Source: Desulfobulbus propionicus DSM 2032 (lineage in GTDB: Bacteria > Desulfobacterota > Desulfobulbia > Desulfobulbales > Desulfobulbaceae). Taken from it: a DNA stretch of 32,000 nt. Of the stretch, positions 26,501 to 32,000 are shown piece after piece (positions within the stretch are counted from its first letter, which is position 1; each line of letters starts with the position of its first letter). The DNA is taken from contig NC_014972.1 of NCBI RefSeq assembly GCF_000186885.1, positions 720,001-752,000 on the forward strand. Direction: 5' to 3'. A program made the translations under genes and the position numbers. Below the pieces are notes generated by a model, which made no database searches, was not told the DNA's origin, and saw only the letters and a program-made list of their open reading frames with translations.

Positions 26501-27100
26501 GGCACCCACCGTTACGGCATCCATGATCGCGGCAAATTTCAATGGATGCCGGCCCAAAAACTCGATCGCGATGCCACCTATACCAAAACCTATATACACT
26601 TCTATATGACCGAGGAGGCTATTCAAACCAAGGAACAGGCTGCCAAGCAGGCACGCGACGAGAAAAAGAAGCAGCAGGAATCGGTGCAGCAGGCCGCGGC
26701 GTCCGGGACGTCTTGGGCCGGACCCTTTGGTGCGGAAGAGGGGTTTGACGGTTCGATCAAACTCGATATCTCCTTGAAAGACAAAGTCGTGTCCGGTTCC
26801 TTCCGAGGAGAACACAAGGACGGCGAGAAACGAAAACATGTCCTCTCGGGCGAGTTTCAGGGGGTGATCGATCCCGAAAGTGGAGAAATCACCGCAATGA
26901 TGCAAACGAGCTCGTTGTGGACGTTCCGCCTGGACAAGGGCAAATGGTACCCCGCGACCTTGGCTCCAGAGAGTTTGGCCAAGGAAACACGGTTGGTGGG
27001 AACACTTGTCCAGAACCGGGTGAGCGGCAATTTGCTCCTCGATGGCCGCAAGGGGTTTGTTTGGTCAGCCGTGCCGGTGACCGAAGGAGGGAAACAATGA
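23597..27100 (+). CDS. Very large exported protein of unknown function (1154-1167 aa)
   Basis: Uninterrupted ORF with gene-like amino-acid composition. N-terminal hydrophobic leader YLLVGVLAVLMWCSPSVAG. Long charged helical regions, then a beta-rich-looking C-terminal third. Alternative start ATG 23636 has the better RBS (AAGGAGA 7 nt upstream). Confidence 0.6.
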   Translation: MNLSTFWRKGDIDMYLLVGVLAVLMWCSPSVAGVLYSEKELWAAGELWTETRLQWQGEQAAHQRRLTEIEQLAVPEARKGALRRIELQRHHDRSLILAAKRDQVQNVLVNEANARVRGGKEAASGQLVDTAGTKFGEAGHRGMAGDRDMGGGERTVHKVKEVLKEMGIDQAATVKESAGTLEIGDDFELTINKDGARPRAGSEFHRIKAEVDARNPETYVSESMKSRSADGKIDRKQAGTDYVEIQDHRKKATAGLKTDGAGLKKSPEKAQKLAKGTVKTLEMANLDEETVNRILQQHGIEENPAAFRERLRGIKEGTIQVGSATDAEQLRRASEDIFNAAEEKALNTAKQEIVALREKAAALPANDPKRTAIEEEIVDSVTKMQATRAANEAVSGGKGSATTAKTGSKKNASGTGSAEAELAALDDLRGVSGRGKAVKAFGALMNIVDIGQTCQTIEDYVEGKIPLKEAATKVVDQYVTGGAIGTVEHASQSKADYSAAKSAIEQANRENMAAYLNAWEIALRKAGLAPAEARQYVASAMLAGNLEKLEDKAAALAAAGKTIKPPQLVVNTFTADDTLGERAQAVGEGIVRGAYESGKYLVTAPSRTVEAWAEGELKEADLDAYAKGRETESRVEMFRKLLNAGIDSQKALAALNEWEEGETGPLKELFQQARARQQEAVPTKEELAAVEEANKRIAAEEQRRVELWNRYAALVAYLRFAPLTLQVDPSPVAIKGEGQRSLVRLALVGPGKSSMGTVAAEIEQILAQLTGQASKVRLSYRFSCKGRQGATPHEWLTASPGAAGLYPVTATLVADIRGDVPGAAVATLSRGFERSETAPVEVEVSATAAPLTGEVWEIMKTTPNLVIDTPLQSFKATVSPAAEITFPVKYTLNDYLVEGKGSLRFSADGKMIEQLSIDTRSTDPRSGQEIQKDELRVGPFKLYAADKETPTYRAHLYYTLDREGRDTFGTHRYGIHDRGKFQWMPAQKLDRDATYTKTYIHFYMTEEAIQTKEQAAKQARDEKKKQQESVQQAAASGTSWAGPFGAEEGFDGSIKLDISLKDKVVSGSFRGEHKDGEKRKHVLSGEFQGVIDPESGEITAMMQTSSLWTFRLDKGKWYPATLAPESLAKETRLVGTLVQNRVSGNLLLDGRKGFVWSAVPVTEGGKQ

Positions 27101-28221
27101 TCACGGAAAAAGGTCTGTCATGGAAGTGGGGGTACTGTGCGACGGGCGTGCTGGTTGTTTGTCTGTTTGTGCTGAGCGGTCAGGCAACGGGAAGTAACGA
27201 GCCCTTTGAGGTCCCTGATGCGTCCTTGCTTAAGACGGTACCGCTGGAGACCCAACAGGCGGCGGCGCCACGGATCGAGATCGAAGAGATGCGAAAATCC
27301 GTTGAAATGCCGGCCGTACCGTCGTTGCTGGAGCGTAGTCCGTTTGCAGCGACGCCTGACGAGGACCTCGCCGTGGTCGACAAACAGGGGGCATCGGGCG
27401 ATGCCCCGGCCGAGTCCGGCACCGCAACCCACTCCGCAGAGTGGCAGTTGCAGCAGAACCAAGCGGTGGTCCTGTTGGACGCGGCTTCCAAGCAGGCCAA
27501 GGGGATGACCGCCGAGCAGAAGCTGAAGGTGTTGAGCGGGTTGGCGGCAAAGGGCAACGCCGATGCCATGAATGGTTTGGGCTTGCTCTACTATCGCGGC
27601 CAAGGCGTTGACAAGGATTATGCCAAAGCTTTTGAATGGTTCTCAAAAGCGGCGCAACAGGGCCACGTAGAGGCAATGTTTGGCATGGGTAGCTGCTTTT
27701 ATCAGGGACACGGCGCGGGGCGGGATCCTGTCCAGGCGCTCAAATGGTTCAGTCTTGCCGGAGAAAAAGGACATGGCGACAGTGCCCGGAATGCAGGGGT
27801 GATGTGGGACAAGGGGCAGGGAGCGGCCAGAGATGAACAACAGGCACGCACCTGGTATCGGAAAGGGGCTCTTCTCGGTAATGTCGAGGCAATGGTCAAT
27901 CTCGCCGTAGGCTACCTTACGGGGAACGGTGGAGCCCAGGAGGATCGATTGGGTCGGGAATGGCTCGAGTGTGCGGCCGAACGTGGCAACAGGGCGGCCG
28001 CATACAACCTGGGCGTGTTGCTCGCCGAGGGAAGGGGCGTGGCCAAGGATGTTGATGCGGCCAGGCAATGGTGGGCGGTCGCCGGCCGTGACGGACACCA
28101 GCAAGCTGTTACCGCGCTCACCAAGACCGTCAAAGAGAAACAATCTCACTGGAAATCGCTGCCTCTTCCGTCGCCAATGGCTGCTTCCGGACAAGGGAAA
28201 ATTCGCCCTTTGCCAGAATAG
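27097..28221 (+). CDS. Sel1-like repeat (SLR/TPR-family) protein with N-terminal signal/anchor
   Basis: ATGA overlap with the upstream stop. Hydrophobic leader GYCATGVLVVCLFVLSGQA. At least six Sel1 repeats (GNADAMNGLGLLYYRGQGVDKDYAKAFEWFSKAAQQGHVEAMFGMGSCFYQGHG...AAYNLGVLLAEGRGVAKDVDAARQWW). The ORF-track start 26917 is an extension. Confidence 0.85.
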   Translation: MITEKGLSWKWGYCATGVLVVCLFVLSGQATGSNEPFEVPDASLLKTVPLETQQAAAPRIEIEEMRKSVEMPAVPSLLERSPFAATPDEDLAVVDKQGASGDAPAESGTATHSAEWQLQQNQAVVLLDAASKQAKGMTAEQKLKVLSGLAAKGNADAMNGLGLLYYRGQGVDKDYAKAFEWFSKAAQQGHVEAMFGMGSCFYQGHGAGRDPVQALKWFSLAGEKGHGDSARNAGVMWDKGQGAARDEQQARTWYRKGALLGNVEAMVNLAVGYLTGNGGAQEDRLGREWLECAAERGNRAAAYNLGVLLAEGRGVAKDVDAARQWWAVAGRDGHQQAVTALTKTVKEKQSHWKSLPLPSPMAASGQGKIRPLPE

Positions 28222-28239
28222 GTAGCATCTTCATCATCC

Positions 28240-28268
28240 CGCCTCTTCCCTTGGGGAGGCGTTTTTTT
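28240..28268 (+). terminator. Rho-independent terminator 1 after the Sel1 gene
   Basis: Stem CGCCTCTTC/GGGGAGGCG (9 bp including 2 G-U), loop CCTT, followed by T7 (28262-28268). Confidence 0.7.
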
Positions 28269-28324
28269 CGCTGCCTGTACACTCTTGATCGAGCCATCGG
28301 TTGCAGGGGGTGCGTTCCATCGAC

Positions 28325-28361
28325 CGCCGGTCATCCCATGCGATGACCGGCGTTTTTTTTT
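28325..28361 (+). terminator. Rho-independent terminator 2 (strong)
   Basis: Perfect 11-bp stem CGCCGGTCATC/GATGACCGGCG, 6-nt loop, then T9 (28353-28361). Confidence 0.85.
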
Positions 28362-28533
28362 GCCGCACCAATATCCAAGGTCGGTGCCTCCCCGGTTGGC
28401 GACAGTGGAACGTCGCAAGGACATTTCCCTGCCGAGTCTTGTTGTGTAACTAATTAACATGGAATAAAAAATTAGTCATTTCCTCCTTTCCCGATTTTCG
28501 TTGGTCCTCGGCTTTTTCCGCCAATATTTTTTC

Positions 28534-28560
28534 TTGACTCCCGGGAGAGGTTCGTATACT
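28534..28560 (+). promoter_or_regulatory. Candidate dcw (mraZ) promoter TTGACT ... TATACT
   Basis: TTGACT at 28534-28539 and TATACT at 28555-28560. The 15-nt spacer is short. An AT-rich UP-like tract lies upstream (28521-28533). Confidence 0.45.
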
Positions 28561-28571
28561 AATGAAGCAAA

Positions 28572-28618
28572 GGTGGTGAAAAGTGGTTTAAAGCGGTTGA
28601 AAATGGAATAATCGTGGA
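28572..28618 (+). promoter_or_regulatory. Array of 4-5 direct GTGG-type repeats at 10-bp phasing; putative MraZ operator
   Basis: aGGTGGTgaa / aaGTGGTtta / aaGCGGTtga / aaATGGAata / atcGTGGAgc at 28571-28620, directly downstream of the candidate -10 and upstream of mraZ. Confidence 0.6.
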
Positions 28619-28649
28619 GCTTGGCCCCACGTGACGATCAAGGAGAGCG

Positions 28650-29102
28650 GTGCAACGATTTCGGAGTCATTCGGAACATAGCCTTGATCCGAAAGGGCGG
28701 TTGAACATTCCGACCCGGTTTCGTGACGTGCTGCGGGAGCAGTACAACTCCGAAATGTTGATCATCACCCACTGGCAGAATTGTTTGCGCGCCTATCCGG
28801 TGGCCGAGTGGGAGGCTCTCGAGGAAACGCTCCTGGCTCAGGGAAAAAATCAACCCGATTTCAGTAGGTTTGTTCGTTATCTGATTGCTGGAGTCAGTGA
28901 GTGCCCTTTGGATAAGCAAGGACGTATTCTTCTGCCGCCCGCCCTTCGCTCCGGCCTTGGGATTGAAAAGGACGTGGTGGTGGTCGGAATGTTGCAACAC
29001 TTTGAAATTTGGGACAAGAAGGCGTGGGAGGAGGAAACTCGCCATACCCGCGAGACCTTTGGCGATTTTAGCGCCGGCCTGTCCGCGTTGGGTATCTTGT
29101 AA
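28650..29102 (+). CDS. mraZ: Transcriptional regulator MraZ
   Basis: Two DxxGR-type motifs (SLDPKGRLNIP and PLDKQGRILLP), 150 aa, first gene of the dcw cluster. GTG start with AGGAGA upstream. Confidence 0.9.
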   Translation: MQRFRSHSEHSLDPKGRLNIPTRFRDVLREQYNSEMLIITHWQNCLRAYPVAEWEALEETLLAQGKNQPDFSRFVRYLIAGVSECPLDKQGRILLPPALRSGLGIEKDVVVVGMLQHFEIWDKKAWEEETRHTRETFGDFSAGLSALGIL

Positions 29103-29115
29103 GTCGCTGTTCCGC

Positions 29116-30072
29116 ATGTCGCAAGACCCCGCTGTTCTGCACGTTCCAGTCATGCTCGATGAAGTGCTCCATTGGCTTCAGCCGCGGCCCAATGCACTTT
29201 ATGTCGATGGCACGTTGGGGCTCGGTGGGCATGCACAGGCGATCCTGGAGCAGACAGCGCCAAGCGGGCGGGTGGTCGGCTTTGAGTGGGACGACGATGC
29301 CGCGCAAGCCGCCAGGCAACGATTGTCCGGTTATGGCGATCGATTGTCGATTGTTCACGGCTCGTATGGCGATTTGGTGCCCGAGCTGGCAAAGTTGGGC
29401 GTCGTTGAAATCGAAGGATTGCTGGTGGATTTGGGCGTGTCATCCTTGCAACTGGATCGGGCGGAACGAGGATTCAGCTTTCGGACCGACAGCGTGCTCG
29501 ATATGCGCATGGACCGGCGGTCGCCGCTCACCGCTGCCAGCTTGATCGCCCAGGCGAGCGAAGAGCAGTTGGCGGATATTTTTTACCATTACGGAGAAGA
29601 GCGTCAGGCCAGGCGGATTGCCCGATTTCTTGCCGAGGCGAGAGAAAAGGAGCCGGTGGCCACCACCGGAAGGCTGGCGGCAATTGTTGCCGAGGCGGTG
29701 CCCCGGAAATACCATCCAGCCAAGGTGCATGTGGCGACCAAGGTGTTTCAGGCCTTGCGGATTGCGGTCAACGGTGAGTTGAACAATCTCACCCGATTAT
29801 TGCAGACGGCTCCACAGGTCCTGGCTGAAGGGGCACGGGTATGTATCATTACCTTTCATTCGCTGGAAGATCGGATTGTCAAGCAGGCTTTTCAGAACAA
29901 TCCAGCCTATGAGGTCGTGACCAGGCGGCCGGTAGAGCCGTCTGCCGAGGAAATACGGCGCAATCCCAGAGCCAGAAGCGCCAAGCTTCGGGTGGCGAGA
30001 CGGGGTAAATCCGGCCGAGATGCGATGTGTAGCAGGGGATCGAAAGAGGTTCAAAAGGAGGACAGGACATGA
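29116..30072 (+). CDS. rsmH: 16S rRNA (C1402 N4)-methyltransferase RsmH (MraW)
   Basis: HVPVMLDEVLHWL...YVDGTLGLGGHAQAIL...DLGVSSLQLD..ERGFSF...LDMRMD...ITFHSLEDRIVKQ...NPRARSAKLRV. ATG 29116; the ORF-track start 28885 overlaps mraZ. Confidence 0.92.
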   Translation: MSQDPAVLHVPVMLDEVLHWLQPRPNALYVDGTLGLGGHAQAILEQTAPSGRVVGFEWDDDAAQAARQRLSGYGDRLSIVHGSYGDLVPELAKLGVVEIEGLLVDLGVSSLQLDRAERGFSFRTDSVLDMRMDRRSPLTAASLIAQASEEQLADIFYHYGEERQARRIARFLAEAREKEPVATTGRLAAIVAEAVPRKYHPAKVHVATKVFQALRIAVNGELNNLTRLLQTAPQVLAEGARVCIITFHSLEDRIVKQAFQNNPAYEVVTRRPVEPSAEEIRRNPRARSAKLRVARRGKSGRDAMCSRGSKEVQKEDRT

Positions 30073-30431
30073 CGCCAAACGTGAGTGTGCGCACCTACAG
30101 GCCTCGCCAGCAGGCTGCTCTGAGGGAAGATCGTCAGGTGAAATCTCGCTGGAGTGTTCCATTGTCGGGTGGGGTGCGGAAATATCTTGCTATCATGGTC
30201 ATTGCCGGGTTAGTGGCGGGGTTGGTCATTACCCAGTTCTTTTATGGGCAAATGATGGATATGCGAGTACAGGCGGAACAACTCCGAAGTGTAAACACTA
30301 AAATCTATAACGAAAATGTCCGATTGCTGGCCTTTCGAGCCCAGTTGGCCTCCAAGAAACAAATTGTTGCCTTGGCCGGAACGAAATTGAATCTGTTTGA
30401 GCCTGAAAAGGGACAGGTGCGTCGGATGTAG
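30069..30431 (+). CDS. ftsL: Cell division protein FtsL-like (bitopic, coiled coil)
   Basis: Position between rsmH and the PBP gene. Single TM YLAIMVIAGLVAGLVITQFF followed by a short coiled coil. ATGA overlap with the rsmH stop. Confidence 0.75.
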   Translation: MTPNVSVRTYRPRQQAALREDRQVKSRWSVPLSGGVRKYLAIMVIAGLVAGLVITQFFYGQMMDMRVQAEQLRSVNTKIYNENVRLLAFRAQLASKKQIVALAGTKLNLFEPEKGQVRRM

Positions 30432-30438
30432 GCGGACG

Positions 30439-32000
30439 ATGGCGAAAACCCTGCGATCAAAGAAAAAAAGACGATGGCTCATCCCCTTTTTTGTTATTTT
30501 GCTGACAGCGGCTGGAATTGTTCTGTATAGATACCCCCCCTCCCTCCAGGATATCGGCAGGATTATACAGTCTGCTGTCGGCAAAATTTCATCTCTCTCA
30601 GCGGGCCAAACGCCCGCTGAACCTGTTTTAAGAGGAACGGTTTACGATCGAAAATTCAGGGAACTGGCGGTGTCGTACCGTCTGTTTTCGTTGATTGTCA
30701 ATCCGGTTGAGGTGGTTGATCGGCGTAAGGCCGCTGAAGCGCTGGCCCCCTTGGTCGGCGACAAGGTGGAGAATATCGAGCTTCGGCTGAAAACCGCGCA
30801 GTATTCCATGGTGCTGTCCGATGACCTCGATGCCCGCCAGGCCGAGCAGATCGCCGCCCTCCAATTGCGCGGCGTGACCTGCAAGGCCACGGAGGCCCGT
30901 TTTTATCCCGGGCATACCGCTGCCTCGCATGTGCTTGGATTCATGGGTGACGGTGTCGGTCTTGCGGGCGTGGAAGGGAAGTACGATACGGTGCTGCAGG
31001 CTGGTGGATTTCGGAAAAGCAACATACCGGACATCGATTTCCAGGGCGAGGAGAGCCTGGGGCAGAAGGAAACGGACATTGTGCTCACTCTGGACATCGA
31101 CCTCCAGAGGCAACTGGAAAACCGTTTCCGGGAACATCTTGCCGCGCAAGGGTCGGAAAAGGGCATGGGATTGCTGATCGACCCGAGCAGCGGACGTATC
31201 CTCGCGCTCGTGAATCAGCCCTCGTTCAACCCCAATTATTTCTGGAAGGCCAACGAGAGCAACCGGATCAACCGGATCTACAACCATGTGCTCGATAAGG
31301 AGCTGATCAGGCCTCTTCTCGCGCGGGCAGCGGCCATCGAGCGTGAAGGGCTGGATGGGCCGGGGATACTGCCGGCCACCGTGGCTGCGCCGGATTATGG
31401 GTTCACCCCGGAACAGCTCGATGCCTTTGAGCAACAAATCCAGCTGTATGGTTCGGTGTTCGGCAACTGGGAGTCCGGACCGGCAGCGCAGGAGCGGACC
31501 GGCGCGCAACCGGTGGTTACCGGTGTTCAAGTGGGAGTGACCCTGGCGAGCCTGGTCAACGGTGGTTGGCGAATTACGCCCTATGTGGTCGATTCCATCT
31601 ACGATCATGCGACGATGAAACGCTACTCCCGCAGTAACGAGGCCACGGAGAAGATCCATGTGCTCGACCCGGCGCTGGGGGTCAAGATTCGCCGGGAACT
31701 GTTTGCCAACTGGCTGTTGGAGCAGGAAAATCTGGTCGTGTTTACTGCGGATCATGTGCAAATCCAGCCGGACAAGGACCAATACAGCCGCTATTCCATG
31801 CAGGATCTGTTCGTCGGACTGGCGCCGGCCAAGCAGCCAAAGTTTCTTTTGTTGATGGCCGTCGAGCAGGATCACCTGCTGCCTGTGGCGCAGCGGAAAG
31901 ACAATGAAAATGGGGTGTTGGAACTCATGGGTAAGGAGCTGCTCGCGGCTTTGGCCAAGGTGCCGCCGCCAGATGCCTTGCCGGAAAAACCTCCGGAAAA
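30439..32000 (+). CDS. FtsI/PBP3-like class B penicillin-binding protein homologue, 3' end outside window; transpeptidase motifs appear degenerate
   Basis: Not in the ORF track because no stop falls in the window; I translated it by hand with no stops. MAKTLRSKKKRRWLIPFFVILLTAAGIVLY (TM), PBP dimerisation domain (RGTVYDRKFRELAVS, FYPGHTAASHVLGFMG, GVEGKYD), LLIDPSSGRILALVNQPSFNPN, FVGLAPAKQPKFLLLMAV. Confidence 0.8.
   Translation, partial: MAKTLRSKKKRRWLIPFFVILLTAAGIVLYRYPPSLQDIGRIIQSAVGKISSLSAGQTPAEPVLRGTVYDRKFRELAVSYRLFSLIVNPVEVVDRRKAAEALAPLVGDKVENIELRLKTAQYSMVLSDDLDARQAEQIAALQLRGVTCKATEARFYPGHTAASHVLGFMGDGVGLAGVEGKYDTVLQAGGFRKSNIPDIDFQGEESLGQKETDIVLTLDIDLQRQLENRFREHLAAQGSEKGMGLLIDPSSGRILALVNQPSFNPNYFWKANESNRINRIYNHVLDKELIRPLLARAAAIEREGLDGPGILPATVAAPDYGFTPEQLDAFEQQIQLYGSVFGNWESGPAAQERTGAQPVVTGVQVGVTLASLVNGGWRITPYVVDSIYDHATMKRYSRSNEATEKIHVLDPALGVKIRRELFANWLLEQENLVVFTADHVQIQPDKDQYSRYSMQDLFVGLAPAKQPKFLLLMAVEQDHLLPVAQRKDNENGVLELMGKELLAALAKVPPPDALPEKPPE

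Noticed and set aside
28450-28479. 9-codon minus-strand micro-ORF (MTNFLFHVN) preceded by AAAGGAGG
   Set aside because: The SD-to-ATG spacing is only 2 nt, and there is no supporting promoter or conservation evidence. It is probably a chance occurrence in AT-rich regulatory DNA.
9959-28885. 5' extensions of track ORFs (starts at 9959, 11958, 16124, 18465, 26917, 28885)
   Set aside because: The extensions overlap the preceding gene or have non-genic composition. Internal starts (10169, 12222, 16340, 18570, 27097, 29116) give canonical N-termini or signal peptides, and most also have a recognisable RBS.
30628-31875. 415-aa minus-strand ORF antisense to the PBP gene
   Set aside because: Arg/Gly/Leu/His-rich composition typical of a shadow ORF in GC-rich DNA. 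The + strand frame has clear class B PBP homology over the same span.
1-32000. Search for CRISPR arrays, tRNA/rRNA genes, IS or integrase genes, long repeats, or a compositional island around the 10-gene operon
   Set aside because: None was seen by eye. The operon's base composition and codon flavour look like those of the flanking housekeeping genes, so there is no sequence-level sign of recent horizontal acquisition. A computed GC-skew and k-mer analysis would be needed to be sure.

Overview
Visibly GC-rich, almost fully coding chromosomal window from a Gram-negative bacterium. Gene content suggests Desulfobacterota/deltaproteobacteria, but I cannot verify that here. No tRNA, rRNA, CRISPR array or mobile element was recognised. 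Left part (1-11.9 kb): a TPR protein fragment; a GspE/PilB-family ATPase convergent with, and overlapping, a GspF/PilC platform gene that follows a DtxR/MntR-family regulator; then recN, a thiI-like PP-loop gene, cca and rlmE joined by start/stop overlaps; then yebC-ruvC-ruvA-ruvB. Centre (about 12.1-28.4 kb): ten tightly packed + strand genes that look like one operon. It has a candidate sigma70 promoter at its 5' end and two tandem intrinsic terminators at its 3' end. Nine of the ten products carry a signal peptide, lipobox or TM segments. They are a cysteine-less FGE-sulfatase-domain protein, two coiled-coil lipoproteins, an S41/PDZ protease, a vWA protein, a MacB/FtsX-type ABC pair, two large proteins with no domain I can name (about 790 and 1150-1170 aa) and a Sel1-repeat protein. 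I do not recognise this combination as a named system and flag it as the main candidate for an undescribed envelope machine. Right part: start of the dcw cluster, with a promoter plus a 10-bp-phased GTGG repeat array (MraZ-box-like), mraZ, rsmH, ftsL and an FtsI-like class B PBP. The transpeptidase active-site motifs of that PBP appear degenerate. All calls rest on reading the translations by eye; no searches were run.
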